Shown in pieces: positions 39,499 to 50,620 of a stretch of 64,000 nucleotides of DNA; positions within the stretch are counted from its first letter, which is position 1; every line of letters begins with the position of its first letter. Source of the stretch: Octopus bimaculoides (taxonomy: Eukaryota); NCBI RefSeq assembly GCF_001194135.2, contig NC_068993.1, positions 5,123,849 to 5,187,848 of the forward strand, given 5' to 3'. The notes below the pieces were generated by a model, which saw only the letters and a list, made by a program, of their open reading frames with translations, was not told the DNA's origin and ran no database searches. A program made the translations under genes and the position numbers.

Positions 39499-39777
39499 TT
39501 TACATTATTTACATTATCTACATTTGACGGATATTCGTCCTCATCTTGTTTGTTGTTAACACAACGTTTCGGCTGATATACCCTCCAGCCTTTGTCAGGT
39601 GTCTTGGGGAAATTTCGAACCTGGGTTCTCATTCCTATCGATGTTACTATTATTATTATTATTATATTATTATTATTATTAATCAGGCTGGAGGGTATAT
39701 CAGCCGAAACGTTGTGTTAACAACAAACAAGATGAGGACGAATATCCGTCAAATGTAGATAATGTAAATAATGTAAA
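39499..39777. repeat. Perfect 93-bp inverted repeat (39499-39591 / 39685-39777)
   Basis: Arms compared base by base are exact reverse complements; the spacer is also 93 nt. Confidence 0.97.
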
Positions 39778-39807
39778 TAATTCCTCATCTCTTAAATATA
39801 GAACTGC
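39503..39807. mobile_element. Short Penelope-type pseudo-LTR insertion with inverted arms and 13-bp TSD
   Basis: Direct repeat AACATTTTCTTTA at 39490-39502 and 39808-39820 flanks two oppositely oriented copies of one terminal sequence carrying a hammerhead motif. Inverted partial pLTRs are a known PLE insertion architecture. Confidence 0.7.
39558..39603 (-). ncRNA. Minimal type I hammerhead ribozyme motif (G8-to-A variant)
   Basis: Minus strand reads GACAC-CUGACAA-A-GGCUG-GAGGGUAUAU-CAGCC-GAAAC-GUU-GUGUU. Stem I GACAC/GUGUU, perfect 5-bp stem II, stem III replaced by an ACGU palindrome. Predicted cut between plus-strand positions 39563 and 39562. Confidence 0.75.
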
Positions 39808-40609
39808 AACATTTTCTTTAACCATCATCAAATTTTTTTTATACAATAATTTATTTTTTGAATTTGATTAAGTTAGGAATATATTTGCACTTAGTTTTGT
39901 TTATTTATATATTTTTCACTTCACACCTACTCAAAATCCACTTCTCTGATCAAAGTGTCAGCTATTATATGATATAAATATCTTTCTTAGAGTTATGCCA
40001 ACCTTAAATTGGTGAGGTCACATTGCTAAAAGGTTTTTCATTGACATAATTCTTTCTAGCAAAACACTTTAGATCTACATTTCTGACATATATAAAACTT
40101 ATGTCGTAGAATGTTTGATTCAATAATCACAACCTATAATGATGACATTTGTCTGACAATGGTCTTTATAATTTACTATTATCTGTACTTCTCAAAGTTG
40201 TTTCTTATATCATCTACACTCAACTGATAAAACTCAACTGACACAGACTAATTCTTGCTTCTCAAAAGAAATTTTAATTATCTTAATTCAGGAGAAGAAC
40301 ATACGTATTTTTGTGGTTGTCATAAAGTAACAATACTTCTGAGAAACTTATATCTCTGTTGCCTGGTTCAGCAAAAGCACTGGGCTATTACCTATCTTTA
40401 GCAGAGTTTACTCTGTTGTAATCATTCAAGCCACTCTTCCTCTTTCCCTCTTTTCCACCAGTCTTGGATGCCCAGAAAATAGTCAAAGGCAATGCCAGTC
40501 CATCATTGACTGAGTCGTTACAAACAATTGTAAATTCTAGTATTTCCTTATATTGCTAATCCTTTGCATAAACCCAAAGTTAATCTTAAGAAAATTTTAA
40601 TTTAGCCTA

Positions 40610-40835
40610 GTGTCTTAGAGTGGTTAAGAAGTTTTCTTCCCAACCACATCATTGCAAGTTCAGTCCTACTGTGTAGCATCTTGGATAAGAATCTGTTACC
40701 ATAACTTCAAATCTACCAAACTCTTGTGAATGGATTTGGTTTACAGAAACTGAAAGAAGCCCATGATATATATTTTCTTTTATCCTTTTATATGTTTCAC
40801 CCCTAAGGCTGTGGCCATGCTGGAGCACTGCCAAC
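40610..40835. mobile_element. SINE family B head (+) joined to an inverted family B tail (-)
   Basis: 40610-40770 matches the family B 5' half. 40775-40832 (TTTCA...GCTGTGGCCATGCTGGAGCAC) is the reverse complement of the 3' block. Confidence 0.7.
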
Positions 40836-42288
40836 ATATGTGTGCATGTTTGTGCCTCCTTGTTTTGGCATTGTGGGATAGTTGTTAATGAGTGTCACTA
40901 TCAGACAAGTTTTATTAGAAGTTCACTTCTAATATTCTGTAGAAACATGCCCAGGAAAATATTATTTTGTTTGGAAACTGATGAAGGTTGGCAACAAGAA
41001 AATTGACCTCAATAAATTCCATCTCACCCATGCAAACATGGAAAAGTGGACGTTAAAACGATGGTGATGATGATGATGGTTCTGCATATCACTTAGTGTT
41101 TGTGAAATTTTAACTCACAATTTATATTATTATTACCAGCAAAAATGGCAATTCATTTGAACCTTAGTTTAAAGCAACTGGCAGAAAAAAAATTAGATCT
41201 AATATTACAGAATTCCTCTCCAAAGACTGAATATTTATACTCCCTTGGCCAAAGCTATGATTTACTAAAACGTGTTTTTTTTTTTGTTTCTTTTTATTTG
41301 TTGTTGTTGTTGTTTTGGAATTACAACTGTAAAGTGGACAATGTTAGCGTTAGAATACATACACTTGTATACATGTGGACACATACACACAATGATTAGG
41401 AACAATATTTCAAATTGCTTCCGATATTTTTTTTATCCTTACTTAAAGAAAATGGCTATTTCTTTTGATCAATTGTGGTCCATAACTTTGATTATGGCAT
41501 TATTTGGGTCCCTGTAAATCCGGTTCTGCAATAAATGGAAATGAATGATAAGATTTCTCATGACATCATGATATGGTATTCTATTTCCATGGTCTAATGC
41601 TGTTACCAATCTTTATACATTCACATGCATTAATTTTTATGCTATTTATTTCTTTATTTGAAAAAGGAAATTTTTCTCAACTATTTTGGCTAGTTCTGAA
41701 GATATAAGACATTGCAGAACAAGCATTTAATCCATCATTCATGAGTTCTGTCTGTGATCTTGATCATGTTATCAGCAGAAAACACATTTTCTGTTTTCAA
41801 AATCTCTATGAACTGTGTATGGAATTTAGTAAATCCAGCTTCAAAGTTAGAAAACATTTTCTTCTCTTCAAAAATAATACAAAAAAAAATCAATTTTGCT
41901 AAGATTAACTTTGGTTTTATGGTGGAATATAGTACCTTACTCTGGAAGTTTAAATTTCTCAAAACTTTTCTTTCACTGATTTCAAAACTACGTCACTGAT
42001 TTTCGTTTGTGCATTAAATTAAATATATTTCTTTTTAAGTTTGTATAATTTGCATTGAGAAAGAGAGGAGAAAAGAATAAACGATTTTGATCTCATTAGA
42101 CTTTAATAAGTAAATCGTCATCAAACATTCATCAAATGCCAAAACTGTGTAAAATGTTATACTCTCCCAAATAGATTTGACAATAACTTATTCTTGTCTA
42201 GAATTGGCTGTGGGGTAGTCAGCCTTGGCTATGTTCATTGGTTGATAAATTTTCAAGGCTAAGCAGTATGATTTATTCATTTGGCCTA

Positions 42289-42352
<64 letters not shown>

Positions 42353-42674
42353 GTTCCATTTTTGTAAATCTCAAACAGATTTTAATGATCATGGTAATTC
42401 AATTAGGGAATCGTCAACAAGTCAACAATGATCCCTTGCTGCTTCTTCTCCTGTGCCTTAATACAGACAAGACTTTTCTTAAAATCCTTGCTGTGCCAAG
42501 AAGTGTTTGTCTCCTGCATTCTCTGTAAACCTTGCACCAATTCCAATTTCATTTACACGGTTCTCAAGATTCTACAATATGCATCTCACTGCTCCAATCA
42601 CCACTGAAATCCCTAAATCCGTCTTCATCCCCCACCACTTTCCAATCCCTTCCTTCAGTGACTCATACCTCTTA

Positions 42675-42898
42675 GAATCATTAACATGCCAGGCAAAATG
42701 CTTAGCAGCAGTTTGTCTGTCATTACATTCTGAGTTCAAATTCTGCCGAGGTTGACTTTGCCTTTCATCCTTTCAAGGTCGATAAATTAAGTACCAGTGA
42801 AGCACAGAGGTCGATGTAATTGACTAGTCCACTCCCATAAAATTTTAGGCCTTGTGCCTGTAATAGAAAAGATTATTATTATTATTATTATTATTATT
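42675..42898 (+). mobile_element. SINE family A with (ATT)n tail
   Basis: Colinear with other family A copies; ends GAAAAGATTATTATTATT. Confidence 0.85.
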
Positions 42899-45800
42899 TT
42901 CATGTTTAATACAGTTACACGTTACATGTGCATGTAATAACAAAGGACTACAATTTAATAGGCAACAATAATTTCATATATGCTGCTGCTTTGATTAAAT
43001 TCTGTAATTGTTGTCCAACATTACAGACAATAACAAAGAACTCAATACTAGGAGAAGAGTATTATAAAAAAAAAGTAAAGTTGAAAACAGTTCAAAAGCA
43101 GACATATTGCTTACAGTTTCATCTGTGAATCTCCAGAATTGCAATTTTGAGAGTTCAATAGATGAAACTGCAGTAAATTATAATTCTGAACTCTTTCAAC
43201 TATATTCTATATTTATATTTGGTTACCTTCTCACCAACACATATTTTCTGAGCTATTCAAGTTAATGGTTTGTTTTCTGGTAGTTGCCTAATGCAATGTG
43301 GTGTGATGTTCTACATAAATTCTATGTTATGTGCACTGTTGCAGGTTTATTGTGTATATTGTATTGTTGATGGTTAATTATGTATGATGTATAATAACGT
43401 AAATGTCCTTAACTTATACCAAATGCATCCTACTAAAAACCTCACCTTGTTTGTTGAATCATTGCCAATGAAGCCAGTTTATCTTTAATTCCTTTTATTT
43501 CAACTGTTTTTATTTTTCCACGCTTTCCTTTTTTTTTCTTTCTGTTTTTGATTCATTTTTCAACACACTCCACATTCTAGGTACGATATTTCTTGTTTCA
43601 GAAGGGGACGGGAACAATGACGCTTTGGCTTAACATGCTTTCAAAAGTACCCAACCATTTGTAAACCACTGTGTGCGCTGTCTATTTACTGCGTAAGTAC
43701 ATTCCATAGTGACTGTCCACCATATCATTGGATTGCAACTAAATATTTGTTTCTCACCACCAAATAATAATTTATTTAGTGCATAAATGTCTCATGTTAC
43801 TGCTTCACTCAGTAATTTTAAATAATGCGCAGGTTTTTTTTAATATTATTTCTATTTTACAATAGATTAACTTTTTAATCTGCAAACAATAGATTTAATG
43901 AAAACAGTTCAAAACATAACACTTCTTTCTTCCTTTCTTTGTACACAGCCAGTAAAACTATGCTTTGCTTCCTGTTCAAAGCATAGAAAATGAAATACTG
44001 GAATGTATATCTACTGAATTTATTTCGGAGTTAAAAATCTAATCTTAAGATTAATGCATAATATATTTATATCTATATTCTCTATTTAATTTGTCATCTT
44101 CTATTCAGGTTAGCAATATTTTAAACAGAGGCATACATTTAGCTCTGTTGATACATAATGTAGTAGTATATACTATTATATAACGATTGTTATACTCAAG
44201 TAACTCTTATAAAATTTGCTTTCATATAGAATATTTATACAGGGAAATCTTTTGTTCAATTATTGAAATAGTTGTAAAAGATGTTCTCCAAAAATATTTG
44301 AATAGAAGATATATTAACCAATGAAAACATCATCTAAATACACAACGGTGATACAAGCCTGTTTTTCTGAAAGCTTATTGAGATTTAGGTTCTAGTGAAA
44401 ATTATCAGATTACATATTGAACCATTAGTCTTGTGGGATTCTATAAACTCTTCTTTAAAACATTATTGAATGGGTTTTATCTCATAATAGAAGTAAATAT
44501 TTATTTGCTTTTTCATATGTTTATGATTACTCCTCCAGGTAATCCCATTTGATCTCTGCTGAGGATTTAACACACCAACTGGTGTTGATGCTAGTTGTTG
44601 TTGCTGATGAAACAAATTAATTGAGTTGGGTTTTTTTTGCTGGTTCAACCATTCTTTTGAATTATCGATAAATCCTCCTCATGCTTCTTTGCTATAAAGG
44701 GTTAGTTTTCTATTTTAAAAAAAAAAACCTAATTTATTTATGATTAGAGAAAGCTGACTATATTGTAAAATTTGTGTAACACATTTCTTTTCTTTTTTTT
44801 TACCTATCCAATTAATTTAGTAGATATTCCAACTAAATTTATGAATCAGTTGTATTCCCAAGTCAAATATTTATTTATCTATTTATCTATATATAAAATC
44901 ATCATCATTATAACAATCATTATCATCATCATCATCATTATCATTATTATTATTGTTGTTATTATTATTACAAAAATTATCATTCTTAATATTATTAGTA
45001 CTACCACACACAAATGCATATTAGTTACATGATTGTGATTATAAACTTGACATCGATTCACAATGAGGTCATATTTGGACAAGTTACATCAGCCATTTAC
45101 TTCAGCATAATTAGCTTGCTTAGATAGCCTTAAATAGGTTTCAACTAGTAGAGATGCAAGCTACAGCTAACTAAATAGTACCACATAGTAATACTTTATG
45201 ACGTATTAGTTACTAGACGATTCCGTAGTATTAAAAGATCATTGAATCTGCTTAAAAAGCAAAATGGTAAACCGCTGGGGTTGATAAATGTATAAAAGAT
45301 GAGAAACTAATGCGATTGATTCTCAACAAAGAAATACTAGCTTAGCAATAGCATTTAATTTATATGATGTTTTCCAATATATCAGTCATGCCAGAGAACC
45401 AAATATCACCAAAACCAGTTTACAAAGATTCATAGAACACATGCAGATCTATAGATGTCTTACTTCACAAAAATATTCATACCAACATTAACATAAAATT
45501 AAGACATTTTGAAAATTATCGGTTGTTATGAATATTGCTTTTAATTTAAATTAATTATTCCATTTAATTACATGAGAAGATTTAAAATAATTCATTAAAG
45601 AATAAATGTAAAATATTCAATATTTCATAATGGAAAGGATTTTCCTCTAAAAGATTGGTTTATAGTCTTGGTTTGCATTGCTTATTTGTTTCTGTATCTG
45701 AATCTCTGGAATTACTGAGTGATCAAATGTGTGTGTGTGTGTGTTCTTTTTGGCCCTGCTGTGCCTTATGTAAAAATATTGCAGCATCTTAACATCAAGT

Positions 45801-46752
45801 ATTACAAAATTCTCTGAATGTAGGAAGCTGTTTTTATTGATATCCATGTGACTACACAGTTTTACACACACCCACAAACACCCACCCACACACACATACA
45901 CACACCCATACACATTTATGCACACACACATGAACACAACTACCGATTTGTAATATGGAACCTGCTTTGTAATGTGATGCTGGAATTGAGCGCCCTGCTG
46001 CATATCATGGTTGATGTCCTCTCTGATCAGTGTTGTATGAATATATCTATAAAGATTCCTTATATTTTTAAGAGAATACAGCTATAGCAAAATGTTTAGG
46101 AAGTTCCTTTCACAATCAAAAAGTCCTGGGCTGAATCGTGCTGTATGGTATTTGGCAAAACTGTTTTTACAACACTAATGGGCCAAGCCAAGCCTTGAGT
46201 GAAACTGAATTGATAGAAACTCTATGGAAGCCTGATGAAGTGATTTTGGACCCATGATTTTAAAACCCCTCCTCATCACTGTGTCATGCTAATTCTGCCA
46301 GAGAATTACATTAAGGGTACACATGTCTGTGGAATACTCATACGCATATATGCACGCAATAATGTTTTTACTCAATGAAGAACTCTAAAATTATTTATTC
46401 AGTATTTCAATTTAACCCAATACTCACTTTCATTCGCAAAATCACTAGGCGTCGTCATTGTAGTTGCTGTTTACCAAAAATGAACCCATCTTCATTAGAT
46501 CAACAGCATTTAAACAATGTCATCTATCTTTTTTATCATTCAGTGTGCTTTGAGGACCACATTATTCAACATGACTTCCTTTCTTATAAAACAGCAGTGT
46601 GTGATTACAGCAGGATTTGACTGCAATATCTAGCACACCGAGTTACCTTGTAGAGTCTCTGTTATCAATGTGGCACAATTCTTTTCATACAAATAGGTTT
46701 CTTTATTCTTTTACTCGTTTTTCTTTCACTCTCTCTCTCTCTCTTTCTTGTT

Positions 46753-46807
<55 letters not shown>

Positions 46808-47819
46808 TATATTATGTATACAGACAAACATACAATGGCTAAATATGTTAACATCAACTTAAAGACCCACTAACACTCACCTATACAAGTCCATCTGTCT
46901 GTTGTAAACTTACACATTTGCGTACATAGATCACACTGATTTACATATATGTTATCATGTATATACATACATACATATATATATGTATATATATGTATGC
47001 ATGTGCATGTATTATAAACATGTGTGACTGTGTGTTTGTGTGTGTATGTGTGTGCATGCATACGTGTTTGTTTTATCTTTCATTTATTCGACAAAATTTA
47101 TTCCTCCGAGTATGTTTAAGCCTTATCAGTGACGTTTGGAGCTGAGAACATGTATTGATTGCCAATATTTATTACTAATCAGTAATAAGTACTTCTGCTG
47201 TTATAAACACTGCAAGATATGTCAGTTATTTTCATTTTTCTCTTATCTTGCGATATTATATGTTTTTGAAGTTTCCACACTTCAATGTTTGCTCTTGTAG
47301 CAACCTTACACAAAGTATGTTTATTTCTTTTAAACTACCAAAAATGACCTTTTGTTAAGGGTAACACTTTCCAGACCATTTTTGCCATCAGCATGTTATC
47401 TCTTTGAATTTAACCTTTGACGTATGAGAAATATCTTTCTGGGTTTTTTTTTTTTCCTTTGTCTTTGGTTATGTAGGCCTTCTCTGCTTTTCGTATGATG
47501 ATGTCCAATGTTTTTCAGATTATTCTACTTGATTAACCCATCTATAACAGAAACTCATAGTTCAGTATCTTTGGTAAATTATTCCAAAGAGATGCTGTAC
47601 TTTTAATGAATATCATACATAGTTTTAATTAAAGTTAATTTACAGACTGGGATAGCCACAGGTGTGGCTGTGTGGTTAAGAAGCTAGCTTCCTAAGCACA
47701 TGGTCTTGTGTTCAATTCTGCTACGTGGTACCTTAGGCAAATTTCTTGTAGTATAGCCATGGAAACTAAATGCAGCCTGTCATATATTTGTATGTGTATA
47801 TGTCCTATGTATGTGTGAA

Positions 47820-48095
47820 GTGTGTGTGTGCGTGTGTGTGTGTGTGCATGCAGCCTTGTCTTGACTTCCTGTGATGACTGCAAATGAGCATCACCATCAT
47901 AGAGCCTTATTAGCATTGTTGCTCATTTCCAACCTTCCATGAAGAATGTGTGGCCAAGGGGAAATATTGCCTCACTTGGGAAACAGGTGAGGCAAGGGTT
48001 GGCAGCAGCAAGTGCATCCGTCCAGCCATAGAAAATCTGTCTCAAGACGTTTCATTTGACCCATGCAAGCATGGAAACTGGACATAATACAAAAG
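47820..48095 (+). mobile_element. SINE-like family C with expanded (GAT)n tail
   Basis: Ends CCCATGCAAGCATGGAAACTGGACAT, followed directly by the GAT/GAC array at 48095-48260. Confidence 0.75.
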
Positions 48096-48143
<48 letters not shown>

Positions 48144-48742
48144 CGACGACGACGACGACGATGATGACGACAACGACGACAATGATAATATTGACAACAA
48201 CGATGACGACGATGATGAGGAGAACTATGACGATCATGTTGATGATGACAGCAATGACGATAGTGTAGTTTGAATGAAGTATCATGTGATTACAGTTGTT
48301 ATAACAGTCTTGAATTCCAAGACAATGGAAATTGGAAATGGAAAAGTGAAATAAGAAGCAAGGAAGACAAAACAACAGTTTACACTTTACCCTACATTTC
48401 AATATCTCAGGATCAAAACCCCTTTATCAAGAGAAAATGAAGAATGGCCACATACTGATATCTTTTACTCAGATATATGCAAGGAGACGATTGTTACATG
48501 CCCTGACTAGAATTGTTAAAATGGCCAACCCACTCCATGCAGTTTATGACTATTGTTAATGGATGGATTCAATTTATTAATGAAAATAGCTTTCTTAAAT
48601 CTCAAATACTTGATGTTCTGTTATCTTGATGATAACTGTGGTGTCATCGATGTTATATGTCTCTGGGAGTTTCATAAATGTGCACTTGCACACATGCTCT
48701 GTTAGTGCAGATGTGCATTTTTCTGACATACGAATGTCACTT

Positions 48743-48950
48743 GAGCTGGCAGAATCATTAGTGCATCGTATAAATTGTATTTGAATTCGAACCCTGCTGA
48801 GGTCAACTTTGCCCTACAGCTTATTGAGACTCAATGATATAAGATACCAGTCGAGTACTGGAGTCGTTGTATTTGGTTTACTGCCCCACCCACCACCACC
48901 ACCACCACCACCACCCAAAAATGCTGGCCTTGTGCCATCATTTGAAACAA
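48743..48950 (+). mobile_element. SINE family A copy
   Basis: GAGCTGGCAGAATCATTAG head, GAGGTCAACTTTGCC body, internal (CCA)n expansion. Confidence 0.75.
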
Positions 48951-48981
48951 TATTAGTATTCCACACAGAATGTCATAGGAA

Positions 48982-49129
48982 CACTAGTGTAGCTGGTGGG
49001 GGTGGTCCGCACCCAGGTGGCACTTTTAAAGGGGTAGCACTTTTGGGGTCTGCTGTAGGCAATATGTGTTTTCGTGGGGGCAGCAAATGGAAGGGCTGCC
49101 CTGGGCGGCACACACTAGCTAAGCTAGTG
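48982..49129. mobile_element. 148-bp GC-rich hAT-type MITE with perfect 8-bp TSD
   Basis: Imperfect 15-bp TIR CACTAGTGTAGCTGG / CTAGCTAAGCTAGTG (12/15). CATAGGAA duplicated at 48974-48981 and 49130-49137; an 8-bp TSD is the hAT signature. Confidence 0.8.
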
Positions 49130-49139
49130 CATAGGAAGG

Positions 49140-49540
49140 TAGCTTTTCTCTGTTATCTTTTACTTGTTTCAGTCATTAGGCTGTGGCCAAGATGGGGCAT
49201 CATCTTGAAGAATTTTTAGTTGAATGAATTGACCCCCCCCCCCACCAGATTGTTTTAAGCCTGGTGCTTATACAATTGATCTCTTTTGACAAACCTCAAA
49301 GTTATAGGAACATAAACAAACCAATGCTGATTGTCAAACAGTGGTGAGGAACACAGACACAAAGACACACACACAAACATATACATATATGACAGGCTTC
49401 TTTCAGTTTCCATTAACCAAATCCACTCACAAGACTAGTAATGTCTTCTACTATAGCCTAAGGCTATAGTGAAAGACACTTCCCCAAGATGCCATACGGT
49501 GGGACTGAACCCAGAACCATGTGGTTGGGAAGCAAACCTC
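49140..49540 (-). mobile_element. SINE family B, near full length
   Basis: Reverse complement is colinear with 25630-26030. Confidence 0.8.
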
Positions 49541-49945
49541 CTTTGGAAAAAAGCTTGTATGTGAATTTCTACAGCTGTTTCAAATGTATTAGCGATTGTC
49601 TTCTCAGAATGAAAATACAACTAGCAATAATATTTCAAAGTATATAAGCAGCTATTTCAGTTTCTTCTTATTAACTCTGTATAACTTATTCTTTATTATA
49701 GATATATTTTTTGAGTCTGTTGTTTTTACTGAACTGCAAAGTCATCCAGCTTTTCTTTCTATGAAAGCTTTACACACAAAATCGCATAACTAGAAGTTTG
49801 TCTGTGAAAATACCTCAGCAAGCCATTCAATGTATCGTCAATGAAACCTTATAACTTTCTCTTGTCATTTCTTAACATATAGATTTTTCTATAACAACAA
49901 AAGATTTTGGGGGGCTAACAACTTTATTTACAGTACTTAACCATG

Positions 49946-49977
<32 letters not shown>

Positions 49978-50079
49978 GTATATATGTTGTATGTAATGTA
50001 TAGCTTTGTGGTAGATTCAGCATAGTTATTAAAACACATAAACACAGTTACATTCCCATTTAGTACATTATTATTATTA

Positions 50080-50138
<59 letters not shown>

Positions 50139-50564
50139 GTTATTATTATTACAAGACTATTATATATTGTAAGGTATCAAAGTCTTTCATCTTACGTCTC
50201 TGACCTGTGGTCACTGATAATCTACTTGACTGTATTTGGCATTGCTGTTTTTGTTGCTTAACCTCGGGTCAAACCTGATAGAGCAGACTTTTGATCAAAA
50301 GCAGCGTATCTGTTGAAGTCAATTGTTAACTTTGTATTTCTTTTTTCCCTCCCTTGCTCTTGTCTCTCTCTCTCTCTCCCACTCTCGCTCACTCTCTATC
50401 TCTTGTTCTTTCTTTTCCTTTTCCTCCCTTGCCGATGGTGTCTTGTTTTGCTAAAGTATCCGCCATAAGCCAAGAGCTAACAAAAACGAAAAGTTGAAGA
50501 CTTTTATGCAAATACTATAATTTTTATTAATAAAACATCAAAAAAAAAACTGCTGTATTCGATT

Positions 50565-50620
50565 CAAATATTCAAAATGTGCACCACCTTCTGCCACCAG
50601 ACACTTTTTGTAATCTCTTG
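50565..50620 (-). mobile_element. Tc1/mariner-like transposase C-terminal remnant
   Basis: Minus strand gives RLQ then, after a frameshift, KCLVAEGGAHFEY, resembling the RLxxCIxAxGGHFE terminus of Tc1/mariner-type transposases. Confidence 0.45.

Noticed and set aside
44463-44648. Minus-strand Q-rich ORF with a plausible acceptor
   Set aside because: The donor is weak, two frames are equally plausible, and the Q-run derives from a short (CAA)n.
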